A DNA stretch of 64,000 nucleotides, from positions 135,891-199,890 of the forward strand of contig JAUYHT010000002.1 in assembly GCA_030688545.1 (NCBI GenBank), in the 5' to 3' direction. The position numbers were made by a program, and so were the translations under genes. Source of the DNA: Candidatus Iainarchaeum sp. Lineage in GTDB: Archaea > Iainarchaeota > Iainarchaeia > Iainarchaeales > VGJJ01. Below the pieces are notes generated by a model. That model did not search any database, was not told the origin of the DNA, and worked only from the letters and a program-made list of their open reading frames with translations. Shown one piece after another: positions 37,051-45,966 of the stretch; position 1 is the stretch's first letter; each line of letters opens with the position of its first letter.

Positions 37051-37786
37051 GAAAAAGCATTTCCTCCCCGTGGAGATCATTCCCGGATTCCATGCTTTAG
37101 ATTTAGGGTTGTATATTCCTTCCGAGGATTGCCTAATCATTTCGGATTTACAATTAGGTCTCGAAGAACAATACAACCAACAAGGAATATTCATCCCCCG
37201 CTTCAATTACAAGGAAGTGAAACAGCACTTGTTGGGCATATTCGAGAAGAAGGAAAACTTCTCCAGAATCATCCTGAATGGGGACATCAAGCACGGATTC
37301 GGAAAGGCATCCAACCAGGAGTGGCGGGAAGTCATCGACCTACTTGAAACCATTTCCCCCCACGCGGGAAAAATAACTCTTATCAAGGGCAACCATGACA
37401 TCGCCCTTGACCCTATTGCCCGATTTGCCAAGCTCCACATCCTGAAAGAAGGATTGTTTCTCCCGCATGCCAACGCTTATGTGTGCCACGGCCACGAAAT
37501 CCCTAAAGAAGCGGCCTTTCAGAAAGCCCAAACCATCATCATCGGACATGATCACCCTGCCATCCAATTGCAGGATGGGGCCACCCGGCAAAAATACAAA
37601 TGCTTTCTCTCCGGAACCTGGGAAGGGAAACAGTTGATCGTCCTCCCGGGATTCAACTTCGCCCACATGGGGAGCGACCCCCGAGAAGGCGCCCTATCCC
37701 CCTTCCTACAACAGCGATTGGACCACTTCCGTGCGTGGCTGGTGGAAGACCACGTGTACGAATTCGGGATGCTGGGGGATATTTGA
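37031..37786 (+). CDS. Lhr-associated metallophosphoesterase (MPE / PdeM-like DNA-repair phosphoesterase).
   Basis: It has calcineurin-like motifs (GDIKHGFG, GNHD, CHGHE). Its start overlaps the lhr stop by 20 nt, matching the bacterial lhr-MPE operon arrangement. Confidence 0.75.
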   Translation: MSPKLPEKKHFLPVEIIPGFHALDLGLYIPSEDCLIISDLQLGLEEQYNQQGIFIPRFNYKEVKQHLLGIFEKKENFSRIILNGDIKHGFGKASNQEWREVIDLLETISPHAGKITLIKGNHDIALDPIARFAKLHILKEGLFLPHANAYVCHGHEIPKEAAFQKAQTIIIGHDHPAIQLQDGATRQKYKCFLSGTWEGKQLIVLPGFNFAHMGSDPREGALSPFLQQRLDHFRAWLVEDHVYEFGMLGDI

Positions 37787-37893
37787 GCCAATTGGCCCTA
37801 TTTTTTCCGCGAGCCTCCCACCTATTTTGAAAATTTATTATTCTATTTTGGTTTCATTTCCATAATAAAATTCCTATCTAACACTGAAAAAAA

Positions 37894-38256
37894 TCAACGT
37901 CCTGGTCTCTTACGGGAACCGGGACCCTGATGGGGCTTAGGACCCTGAAGGGGCTTGCGACCTTGGGAGGGCTTGGGTGGCTTTCTATTAATGGAATAAT
38001 AACGCATGAGTCTTGAGTCGCTTATAACTCTCTTTCTTCGTAAAATCGCTAAATCTCGGGACGTTAAATTCATTTCTATTTCTCTAATAGTAGGAACTTT
38101 TCTATCCACTGTATATTTATCGACAATCTTATACGCATCAAAAATCAGAATCCTTAAACCTGTTGTAAGTTTCAAAGCCAATTTTAATTTTCTCCCCTCT
38201 AATGTACCAGAAAACCACTCTTCACTGAACATTTTATCAGGCCCTTTATCCGCCAT
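37894..38256 (-). CDS. Hypothetical small basic protein with a C-terminal Pro/Gly/Lys repeat tail.
   Basis: The 120-aa protein ends in KPPKPSQGRKPLQGPKPHQGPGSRKRPGR, encoded by 3 x 18-nt tandem repeats at 37923-37976. It was chosen over the overlapping plus-strand ORF. Confidence 0.35.
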   Translation of the reverse strand: MADKGPDKMFSEEWFSGTLEGRKLKLALKLTTGLRILIFDAYKIVDKYTVDRKVPTIREIEMNLTSRDLAILRRKRVISDSRLMRYYSINRKPPKPSQGRKPLQGPKPHQGPGSRKRPGR

Positions 38257-38320
38257 GCACCATCACCTGGTTCCTTCACCAGGTAGACCTATAATAAGCT
38301 TTCGGATGGGTGGAAAAGGA

Positions 38321-38506
38321 TCAAGAATCCACGAGCATGTTAGGAATCCCATTATGGATAGGGTATACGGTGGCGCAGGTTTGGCACGTGAGGGTGTGCT
38401 TGGTTTCATCGTAATCCAATTTGGAATGATCCTTGGGACAGACAAGAACTTCGCGGAGAAGGGGGGATAGGGATTTGTTTTCGGGGCTGGGAGGAAGGGG
38501 TTCCAT
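38321..38506 (-). CDS. trm112: Trm112 family protein (methyltransferase activator).
   Basis: REVLVCPKDHSKLDYDE...LTCQTCATVYPIHNGIPNMLVD matches the Trm112/DUF343 consensus. Confidence 0.75.
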   Translation of the reverse strand: MEPLPPSPENKSLSPLLREVLVCPKDHSKLDYDETKHTLTCQTCATVYPIHNGIPNMLVDS

Positions 38507-38534
38507 GCACCCATTGCCCCATTAGGGGTTTTTA

Positions 38535-39728
38535 ATGGCGTTTGGACACGATTCCCGGATGCCCCCTCACTACCTTCGCATAGGCGAAAAAGACATCATC
38601 CTCTTGGGGACGGCGCACATCTCCCGGGCGAGCGTGGACCAGGTGCAGCAGCTCATCCTGGATGAAACTCCGGATGTCGTGGGGGTGGAATTGGATGATC
38701 TCCGGTTGCGCCAATTGGTTTCCGGACAGAAATGGGAGAATACCAATATTCTTCACCTGGTGCAACGGGGGGAATCCGGGTTAGTACTTCTCAATTTGTT
38801 CCTCGCCAACCTCCAGAAACAATTAGGGGAACAGGTGGGGGTGAAGCCCGGGGAAGAGATGCTCGTGGCGGTGCGGATTGCGCAAGAGAAGAAAATTCCC
38901 ATTTTGCTCATGGATAGAAGCGTGCAGATCACCATGAAACGCGCCCTCAAAGTATTGTCCCTCTGGGAAAAGATGAAACTGGGCGGCAGTCTGGCCATGG
39001 GGTTGTTCATGGGCGGGGAAGGATTGGATGCCCAGAAGATTGAGGAACTGAAAGAGGATGATCTGCTGAACAAACTCATGCACCAATTGAGTAAGGAATA
39101 TCCCAAACTGAAACGCACGCTCGTGGACGAAAGGGATATGCATATCGCCCATGCCCTCATCCATGCTCCCGGAAAGAAAATCGTTGGAATTGTAGGGGCC
39201 GGACACGTGGAAGGAATACTCCTCCACCTTCGGGCGCATCAAGAGAAGAAAGAATGGCCCATTCCCATTGAGGAGTTGAACCGGGTTCCCGAGGACCGGC
39301 CCAACCTATTACTCACGTGGGGCATCCCTATCCTTTTTTTGGGCATCCTCATGTATCTCCTCCTTCAGGAAGGATTCACATCATCCTTCCAATTCATCGC
39401 CTTCTGGGTCATCGGCCATGGAATATTAGCTGGATTAGGGGCGCTCATCGCCGGGGGGCACTGGCAAACCGTTTTGGGAGTAGTGGCCACCGCGTGGTTG
39501 GCGGCCCTGCATCCCTTAATCGCCGCGGGCTGGATTGCCGCCGCCCTGGAGACCAAACGCCACAGTCCCACCGTAAAGGACTTCACCCAACTGAATACCC
39601 TCAACTCGATCGGGGATTTCCAGAAGAACCGGGTAACCAAAATCCTGCTAATCACCGTCCTCACCAACATCGGCAGCATGCTCGCCACGTTCGCGGTTAT
39701 TCCGTATTTGATCGGGGTCCTTGGGTAA
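38535..39728 (+). CDS. TraB/PrgY/GumN family protein.
   Basis: It has an N-terminal DIILLGTAHISRASVDQV...VGVELD motif and C-terminal TM helices. Confidence 0.75.
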   Translation: MAFGHDSRMPPHYLRIGEKDIILLGTAHISRASVDQVQQLILDETPDVVGVELDDLRLRQLVSGQKWENTNILHLVQRGESGLVLLNLFLANLQKQLGEQVGVKPGEEMLVAVRIAQEKKIPILLMDRSVQITMKRALKVLSLWEKMKLGGSLAMGLFMGGEGLDAQKIEELKEDDLLNKLMHQLSKEYPKLKRTLVDERDMHIAHALIHAPGKKIVGIVGAGHVEGILLHLRAHQEKKEWPIPIEELNRVPEDRPNLLLTWGIPILFLGILMYLLLQEGFTSSFQFIAFWVIGHGILAGLGALIAGGHWQTVLGVVATAWLAALHPLIAAGWIAAALETKRHSPTVKDFTQLNTLNSIGDFQKNRVTKILLITVLTNIGSMLATFAVIPYLIGVLG

Positions 39729-40056
39729 GGAAAAACAAAAGATATATATTCTATTATTGGTTCCCGTCGGGATGAAGGTATGGGATTTTGTCCGCCCCAC
39801 TTTTTTGAAGGTAATTTTAGCGATTGTATTGTTTTTCGTTTTTTCCCTCCTGTGGGGGGAGATCAACGTCATGTTCGATGCTACAACATTCGGGTTTCCA
39901 TTCACTGTCTCTGCCGCGAATGGTTTTTGTGGACCGATTGAATTCGATCCCACCTGCGGACAACCCGTTTACAATTTTAGTGGTATCATTTTGAATGCCG
40001 TTTTTTGGTATCTGGTAAGTGCGGGGATCCTTTCATTATGGAATAAAGAGAAATAG
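39721..40056 (+). CDS. Small hypothetical membrane protein.
   Basis: The 111-aa protein has 3 hydrophobic helices. Support is weak. Confidence 0.3.
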   Translation: MGKEKQKIYILLLVPVGMKVWDFVRPTFLKVILAIVLFFVFSLLWGEINVMFDATTFGFPFTVSAANGFCGPIEFDPTCGQPVYNFSGIILNAVFWYLVSAGILSLWNKEK

Positions 40057-40262
40057 GGTAAGTGCGCATTGGTGACGGGGTTCTGTTGCAATTACCTGAG
40101 TGGAGCTAACCATGATCCCATCATTGATCAGGAGTGTTCGGGTAAAAGCGGTATTGCGAATGCTTCATATATTCAAAGGACGCCGATCGAAACCGGCCCC
40201 ATTATATACTATTTCATACCTATTAGATACGAATTCATATCATTTCCTGATGAGAGAATCCT

Positions 40263-40580
40263 ATGCAAACTACCTCCCAAAATCAGTATACTCCTTCCCC
40301 TACGCTGGACACCATCCGCATGGTGGAAGAGACGATCCGCCAAGCCCCCACCAGTGTCATCAAATTAGCCGATTTGAAACGGTTGCTCCCTCGCCAGGTT
40401 AATCATAATACGCTTAAGGTGATTCTGGAATATCTCGAGGAAAGCGGAAAAATATACGTAGGGATAAAAGGCATTGCCTGGATCGAAAACAACAACCCGA
40501 GATTCAGGGAAATGCTGGAAAAGAGTTGGGTATATGAAGGTCCAGGTCATCTTGAGCCCTACCGCAAAAGAGACCTATGA
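40263..40580 (+). CDS. Winged-helix-like small protein (possible antitoxin).
   Basis: The 105-aa protein has a helical/winged-helix-like composition. It overlaps the downstream RelE/ParE-like gene. Confidence 0.3.
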   Translation: MQTTSQNQYTPSPTLDTIRMVEETIRQAPTSVIKLADLKRLLPRQVNHNTLKVILEYLEESGKIYVGIKGIAWIENNNPRFREMLEKSWVYEGPGHLEPYRKRDL

Positions 40581-40884
40581 TTTTCTGGTGCGTAAAGCTC
40601 CCTTCGATAAAAAATCCAAAACCATCCTTCGGGGACTTGAAGCCAAACTCGAATTGATCCGAAATAATCCTAATTATGGAAGGCCAATCGCCAAAAAACG
40701 CATTCCTAAACGCTACCTCGATGCCTATGGCATCACCAATTTATTCTGGATTCCTTTGCCAGTCTATTGGCGAATGCTTTATTCGACGGCGAGAGACCCT
40801 GATGTGATAATCCTTATCGTCACGGTGATCGAAATCATTGATCATCCTACTTATGATAGGCATTTTGATTACGGGAAAAAATAA
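40534..40884 (+). CDS. RelE/ParE-family toxin-like protein.
   Basis: The pattern LIRNNPNYGRPIAKKRIPKRYLDAYGITNLFWIPLPVYWRMLYSTARDPDVIILIVTVIEIIDHPTY resembles the RelE/ParE consensus (NP..G..L..., GI.NLF...LP..WR.LY, ...VIIL.I..H). Confidence 0.45.
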   Translation: MKVQVILSPTAKETYDFLVRKAPFDKKSKTILRGLEAKLELIRNNPNYGRPIAKKRIPKRYLDAYGITNLFWIPLPVYWRMLYSTARDPDVIILIVTVIEIIDHPTYDRHFDYGKK

Positions 40885-40901
40885 TCCCCGTTAAACACCC
40901 A

Positions 40902-41348
40902 TCACCTAATTTCCGTTCCCGACTTTACCGGACGCTCACTCACGAGCAGGGAAAAATGCCCCTCATCATCTAACGCACCCAATAGCATCCCCTGGCTCAA
41001 AACCCCTCCCAATTTCTTGGGCTCGAGATTGGCGACGATGGCAATTATCTTCCCCCGCAAATCATCTTTAGTATACCATTTCTTGATTCCCGCCACCAGG
41101 GTACGCGTCTCTTCTCCCAGGAGAATGGTTAATTGATATAGGTTATCTTTTCCCGGAATATCATCTACTTCCACGATTTGGGCGGTGCGCAATTGCACGG
41201 TAGACTTGAATTGATCCACAGACAAGGGAGGGAATTTTTGGGGTAAGTTATCGGGGGAATTAGTGGGGGGCATCATGAAATAATGGAGGGTCAAATGGGA
41301 TTTTAAATCTTCCAAAAGGATGGCGGGTTTTTTCCCTGATGAAACCAA
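40902..41348 (-). CDS. tRNA-binding protein (CsaA/Trbp111, OB-fold Myf domain).
   Basis: LRTAQIVEVDDIPGKDNLYQLTILLGEETRTLVAGIKKWYTKDDLRGKIIAIVANLEPKKLGGVLSQGMLL is the typical EMAP/MetRS C-terminal domain. Confidence 0.75.
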   Translation of the reverse strand: MVSSGKKPAILLEDLKSHLTLHYFMMPPTNSPDNLPQKFPPLSVDQFKSTVQLRTAQIVEVDDIPGKDNLYQLTILLGEETRTLVAGIKKWYTKDDLRGKIIAIVANLEPKKLGGVLSQGMLLGALDDEGHFSLLVSERPVKSGTEIR

Positions 41349-41423
41349 TTGGTGCCATGTCTGAACAAAAAAAATGGCACCATGTCTTCAGGGAAAGATA
41401 CATTGTTTTATCCGGGCCATCGG

Positions 41424-42068
41424 TTACCTTTCCTTCCCGGATTTCAAATAAGGCAACACGTTCCCTTCTTTTTCGGCCGAGGCGATAAGCCGTTTGGCAT
41501 AGGTCATACGTTGGAGTGTGCCAATGAATGAGATGATGGCAATAACCCAGAGAGTAATTTCAAGGATATCCATTCCCTGGAAGGACGGATAGAAAATCGT
41601 GAGGAGGGTACCCAAAAACAACAGAACGAATTTATCAGCATGTTCACCAACCGCTGGCCAGTCGCGATTATCCGTAACGATAACCAATCCCACGCGGGGT
41701 TTGGCATAGCTGCTCCATAAACCGAAACCCAGTGCGGCGATGGCCGCGATAGGATATACAAAAGCCAAGCCAAGGAAGAGGATGATTTCAATGAGCTTAT
41801 CCACCATGGTCTCGAAATAATTCCCCCAGAGACTCTGCTTTCCCTGCGCCCGCGCCACGGCACCATCGATTCCATCCCAGATGGTGGCAAGAATGAGGAG
41901 GATGAGGGCGAGAGAAAAGTTTTGGTTGGCGTAACCCCAAGCGGCAGCCAGGGCAAAAGGGATGCCTAACCAGGTAATCCAAAATGGATTAATTCGTAGG
42001 ACGATGAAGGGCTGGGCGAGCGCCCTGAAAAAGGGTTTGGTTATTCCACGGAGGAGCGCACCCAGCAT
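41424..42068 (-). CDS. CDP-alcohol phosphatidyltransferase family enzyme (archaeal lipid head-group synthase).
   Basis: It carries the DGx2ARx8Gx3Dx3D motif (DGIDGAVARAQGKQSLWGNYFETMVDKL) and 5-6 TM helices. Confidence 0.8.
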   Translation of the reverse strand: MLGALLRGITKPFFRALAQPFIVLRINPFWITWLGIPFALAAAWGYANQNFSLALILLILATIWDGIDGAVARAQGKQSLWGNYFETMVDKLIEIILFLGLAFVYPIAAIAALGFGLWSSYAKPRVGLVIVTDNRDWPAVGEHADKFVLLFLGTLLTIFYPSFQGMDILEITLWVIAIISFIGTLQRMTYAKRLIASAEKEGNVLPYLKSGKER

Positions 42069-42446
42069 ACGAAGGAATGGAAGGTGATGTATTTGAACGA
42101 GGGGGGTGTGAGGATGAAAAAATATATATTATGTAGTAATATGGCTATATCTTTCACCCTTTTTTGAAACCTATTTACAAAAAAAGTAAAGGGCCAATTG
42201 ACGAAAAATTAATTCACTTCTAACCGTGAAAGCATTACTTTTTCTCTCCATTTGGTGAAATAAGGGTATTCCAGGCACCCTTTTTCATTCAAGAACCAGA
42301 AAGCCGGCCGTAAGGCATATAAAGGAGAAAGTATAGAAAGCGAAACCAGAGGGCACGGGAGGGTTCGGTTTTGCCCACCAGAACCTTAATGAATGCCCGA
42401 AACCAGAAAAGAGCGCCCGAAAAGGGCGGAATGGGGTGATAGAAAC

Positions 42447-42818
42447 ATGAGTCTCGTAAGCCTAACGTTCGGCGATGGCCGAAATAAAATGAGCGTGGCC
42501 TCGCCCATTCGGGTGATCCACCGCCCGGAGGACCGCATCCAGGTCAAGGAGGGAGCAGAACCCAGGCTCCACGTTCAGAAAGTATCGACCTTTTTGGGAT
42601 TCGATGGGGTATATATCATCGGCAAGGTTACCTCGGGTTGCATCTCCACGGATATGATTGGCATGGCCAATGGCCGCCCCTTTACCATTAGTGAGATTGA
42701 GAGCAAATACCCCAATTGCCAGGTCGCTAAGGAAGGAATGACGGTCGGAATTTCCGCGCACGGGGTAAACAAGCACGACATCATGGAAGGGGCGGAACTT
42801 CAATTCGATTCGGCTTAA
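42447..42818 (+). CDS. Hypothetical β-barrel protein (EF-Tu domain-2-like).
   Basis: GVYIIGKVTSGCISTDMIGMANGRPFTISEIESKYPNCQVAKEGMTVGISAHGV resembles the translation-factor domain II barrel. The start is at the internal Met 42447. Confidence 0.4.
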   Translation: MSLVSLTFGDGRNKMSVASPIRVIHRPEDRIQVKEGAEPRLHVQKVSTFLGFDGVYIIGKVTSGCISTDMIGMANGRPFTISEIESKYPNCQVAKEGMTVGISAHGVNKHDIMEGAELQFDSA

Positions 42819-42875
42819 CCCCCTCTTCGTCGCCCGCCACCCTTAAATCATCCCATCTCCCAACCTTGACTTATC

Positions 42876-43451
42876 ATGCGTCGGGTCCATTCGACTATCC
42901 CCGCTTTCGTCCGGGAAACCCTTCCCGTCCTCTTTTTCGCCGCCACCATCGAGATCTTAGCTGGGATGTGGCTGCAGGCCAATATTACCCTCATTGCCTC
43001 CTTCCTGGGAGCATTCATTTTGTTGCCGGCGCTCAACAACATCCGGGGAAGCATCGCCGCGTCGACGGCCTCCCAATTAGCCAGCCACACGCACTTGGGG
43101 CTTATTGACTTGCGGCGGAAGAACATTGATTCCAATCCCGATGTGAAAACCATATTCGAGAGCCGACGCATCCTCACATTAGTCTTATGCATCGCCACAG
43201 GGGTGGGGGCCTTCCTCCTAATCCCGCAGGCCACTTTTCCCCATCTTCTCCAATTAGTGGGAATATCCGTGGTAACTGGATTAGTGACGGGGGAAATCCT
43301 CCACGTGCTGCTCATCCAATTGCTGCTTCTCTCCCATCGACGGGGGTGGGATCCTGACAACACCCTCATCCCTCCGATTATGGCTTTGGGGGATTTGTTC
43401 ACCATCATTTTCATCATTTTCTTCCTCCAAATTTTAGGGGGCTTGGCTTGA
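42876..43451 (+). CDS. MgtE-family divalent cation transporter, membrane domain only (copy 1).
   Basis: It has 5 TM helices and a terminal GWDPDNTLIPPIMALGDLFTIIF motif, which matches the MgtE TM-domain signature DPDN...P..T..D. Confidence 0.75.
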   Translation: MRRVHSTIPAFVRETLPVLFFAATIEILAGMWLQANITLIASFLGAFILLPALNNIRGSIAASTASQLASHTHLGLIDLRRKNIDSNPDVKTIFESRRILTLVLCIATGVGAFLLIPQATFPHLLQLVGISVVTGLVTGEILHVLLIQLLLLSHRRGWDPDNTLIPPIMALGDLFTIIFIIFFLQILGGLA

Positions 43452-43479
43452 TGAATTCCATTCGCCGAGGGTTTCTCGC

Positions 43480-44037
43480 ATGAACCACGCGACGCTATCC
43501 ATATTGCGGCAGAGCGGCACCGTCCTGTTAATCTTACTTTTCTTCTCCCTCATGGCCGGGGAGGCTATCGAATCCAGCGTCCTCCTTTTCCAGGCATTCC
43601 CGGTGCTCCTCATCATCCTCCCCGCGTTCATCAATGCGTGCGGAAGCATCTCCGACAATGTATCCAATCATGTGACTACTGCATTGGGATTGGGCGGATG
43701 GAAATCCTCCCGCGTGACCCGGGTTTGGTTCACGAGCGGGGTGGGGGGGTTGCTGACCACCTTCCTCCTTTTCGGCGTATTAGTGGGGGTGCTCCACACC
43801 CTCTCCCCTTTCGTGGGATGGAGATCCCCTTCTTTGCCGGCATTCATGCTCGTCGTCATCCTTCCGGGAATACTCACCGTCCTCATTGGAAGCCTCGCGG
43901 CCCTGGCCATCGCCTATGCCGCCACCAAGTATGGGTGGGACCCCGATAATGTGGAAACCCCCATCCTGAACACCCTTTCCGATTGGGTCGGGGTCTACCT
44001 TTTTATTTGGACAAGCGGGTTATTACTGCAAGGATAA
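43480..44037 (+). CDS. MgtE-family divalent cation transporter, membrane domain only (copy 2).
   Basis: It is a paralogue of the preceding gene and carries GWDPDNVETPILNTLSDWVGVYLF. Confidence 0.75.
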   Translation: MNHATLSILRQSGTVLLILLFFSLMAGEAIESSVLLFQAFPVLLIILPAFINACGSISDNVSNHVTTALGLGGWKSSRVTRVWFTSGVGGLLTTFLLFGVLVGVLHTLSPFVGWRSPSLPAFMLVVILPGILTVLIGSLAALAIAYAATKYGWDPDNVETPILNTLSDWVGVYLFIWTSGLLLQG

Positions 44038-44045
44038 AAAAAGGA

Positions 44046-44627
44046 ATGTTAATGCGTATGGTCGAGAACGAATTCAAATCGGTCCTGGATTACATCCATG
44101 AGATGTACAACCGTTCCTCCGTCGCCATCAACCTGGCTTTTTCAGCGATCATCCTGAATGATAAGGAATTGGCGGAGGATGTCATTGCCATTGAACACCA
44201 GATGAATGAATTGAAAGTGGAACTGGAAAAACGGGTTATTTCCTCCCGCGTCCCCGCGGAGGAAGTGGAAAGTATGGCCGGCGTCCTCGAAGTGGCCCAC
44301 GCGACGGAACAGATTACCAATAATGCCCGCACCATCGCGGCCTTTACGGCCTCGGATAGAAAACATCATCCCATTCTCACCAAAGCCCTTTCGCACCCCA
44401 ACAAACAGGTGTATAAGGTGGCCATCAAGAAAGGAAGCACGGTGGACGGGAAACTGCTGGGGGAAGCGCACATCGAGGATTTGAGCGGGGTGAGCCTCGT
44501 AGCGGTCAAGCAGAAAAAACAATGGCTCCGCTCCCACCTGGTGGAAGGAACGTTGAGTGCGGGGGATTTACTCTTGGTCAGCGGCACGGAGGAGCAGTTC
44601 AAAAAGCTCGAAAAAATGGTGCACTGA
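44046..44627 (+). CDS. PhoU-like plus TrkA-C (RCK_C) domain regulatory protein associated with the split MgtE genes.
   Basis: It has an N-terminal PhoU-like helical repeat and a C-terminal KVAIKKGSTVDGKLLGEAHIEDLSGVSLVAVKQKK...GDLLLVSGTEEQ RCK_C fold. Confidence 0.55.
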   Translation: MLMRMVENEFKSVLDYIHEMYNRSSVAINLAFSAIILNDKELAEDVIAIEHQMNELKVELEKRVISSRVPAEEVESMAGVLEVAHATEQITNNARTIAAFTASDRKHHPILTKALSHPNKQVYKVAIKKGSTVDGKLLGEAHIEDLSGVSLVAVKQKKQWLRSHLVEGTLSAGDLLLVSGTEEQFKKLEKMVH

Positions 44628-44649
44628 CCGCACACAGGGGGAAAAGCAT

Positions 44650-44994
44650 ATGTTGGAACAAGGACCCATGTCCGTGGAAAAATGGAAAGAAACCATGCAT
44701 GCGGGTATACGTCGGTGGAAAGGGGTCACGCAGGAACGGAAGGGGTTGGGGGACATCTTCCATGTGAATGGGAAGGTATTCGCCGAGACGCATGACACCA
44801 TGCGCCTCATCCAGATGCGCGTGCGCTTACCTAAGACGCATCAAGGACGGGCAATCCAATTAGGGATGGCCGAACCCTCTCGAAATCCCATAGCTGCCAA
44901 GGAGGGATGGGTGGAGATCGAAGTGGATTCCGATACCGCCCTCCAGAACGCCCTCACCCTGGCCCGGCAAGGGTACATGGGGGTGGCGCGATAA
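44650..44994 (+). CDS. Hypothetical protein (possibly MmcQ/YjbR-like).
   Basis: The 114-aa protein has KVFAETHDTMRLIQMRVRLP...KEGWVEIEVD. The family assignment is tentative. Confidence 0.3.
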   Translation: MLEQGPMSVEKWKETMHAGIRRWKGVTQERKGLGDIFHVNGKVFAETHDTMRLIQMRVRLPKTHQGRAIQLGMAEPSRNPIAAKEGWVEIEVDSDTALQNALTLARQGYMGVAR

Positions 44995-45090
44995 GCTAAC
45001 GGTGAAATAAATAATTAGGTTTCAAAACCAAAAATAATATTTCCGAGAAAGAAGAAAACAGTTCCAATGGCTGTCCAACTTTCATTGGCC

Positions 45091-45606
45091 TCAATCCGGT
45101 AGCTCGTATTCCACATAGGGTTGTTCGGACGAATAGATGGATTCCAGCCACGTCGAGGTGAGGGGCCCGATGCCCCGGAAGGTTTGGAAGCATTCCCTCA
45201 GGTCGGGAGCTAATACGGGTGATTTTTTGATTTCCTCCTTCGCGTGAGCGATCCAGTTCAAGACCGTTTCATGGTTGTCCCTCAGTTCCGCGCATTTCCT
45301 GGCATTGATGAGGACAGAATGAATCTTCCATGGGTTTTTTATCATTCCGGGAGCGCGGAGGAAGGGTTCGAGGTCATTCTCATCCATTTTGGATAATCTA
45401 TCGATATTGAAATGAAAGAATGCCTTCTCAATCTGCGGCCATTTCGCCTCCACCACTTTGTAGTTGAACCGCACCACGAACACGATGAATGACACCTGAT
45501 TCAGGAAGTTATCATCGGTCTTCGCTTTGTAGGCGCGCTTTTTCATACGATCATTCCGCCAAAGACCCCTTTTAACTCGAACGAGGGCGCGCCGCCGCGA
45601 TCCCAA
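45091..45606 (-). CDS. tag: DNA-3-methyladenine glycosylase I (Tag-like).
   Basis: NFLNQVSFIVFVVRFNYKVVEAKWPQIEKAFFHFNIDRLSKMDENDLEPFLRAPGMIKNPWKIHSVLINARKCAEL matches the Tag family pattern (LFE.L.LE..QAGLSW..IL.KR..FR.AF..FD...VA...E..VE.LL.D.GIIRNR.KI.A.I.NA). The true start is probably the internal MKKR Met. Confidence 0.6.
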   Translation of the reverse strand: MGSRRRALVRVKRGLWRNDRMKKRAYKAKTDDNFLNQVSFIVFVVRFNYKVVEAKWPQIEKAFFHFNIDRLSKMDENDLEPFLRAPGMIKNPWKIHSVLINARKCAELRDNHETVLNWIAHAKEEIKKSPVLAPDLRECFQTFRGIGPLTSTWLESIYSSEQPYVEYELPD

Positions 45607-45638
45607 AGGATTTTATATCCGCCCCCCCTTTCCCCAGA

Positions 45639-45926
45639 ATGGCATCTAATCCACCCCCCCGACGCCCAGATTTGGAAAGGTTGAAAGAAGGGTGGAATGC
45701 GTTTGTGAAAGCAAACGGTGGAAAAGAGACGAGGAAATTGTTGATCAAATGGTACCAACATTGTGGGTTTTCCAAAGCTGAAGCTGAGGTGGCAGTCAGA
45801 CTTCATAAAATCGAAATCGCCCGGGCCGAGATGGCTGAACGCATGAGGAAAGAACATGAACGCATCAATCCCCCAAAACCCTCTAAGCCCCCCAAACCCC
45901 CCAGGCGTCGCCCGGGTTCCCGTTGA
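45639..45926 (+). CDS. Hypothetical small protein with a Pro/Lys-rich tail.
   Basis: The 95-aa protein has weak support. Confidence 0.25.
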   Translation: MASNPPPRRPDLERLKEGWNAFVKANGGKETRKLLIKWYQHCGFSKAEAEVAVRLHKIEIARAEMAERMRKEHERINPPKPSKPPKPPRRRPGSR

Positions 45927-45966
45927 ACCTTTTTTCAGGGAAGGCTTTTAATCGGCTTCCCGCCCC

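Noticed and set aside
38006-38470. 154-aa plus-strand ORF.
   Set aside because: It competes with the minus-strand ORFs 37894-38256 and 38321-38506 (Trm112, strong motif match). The plus-strand product has no recognisable features.
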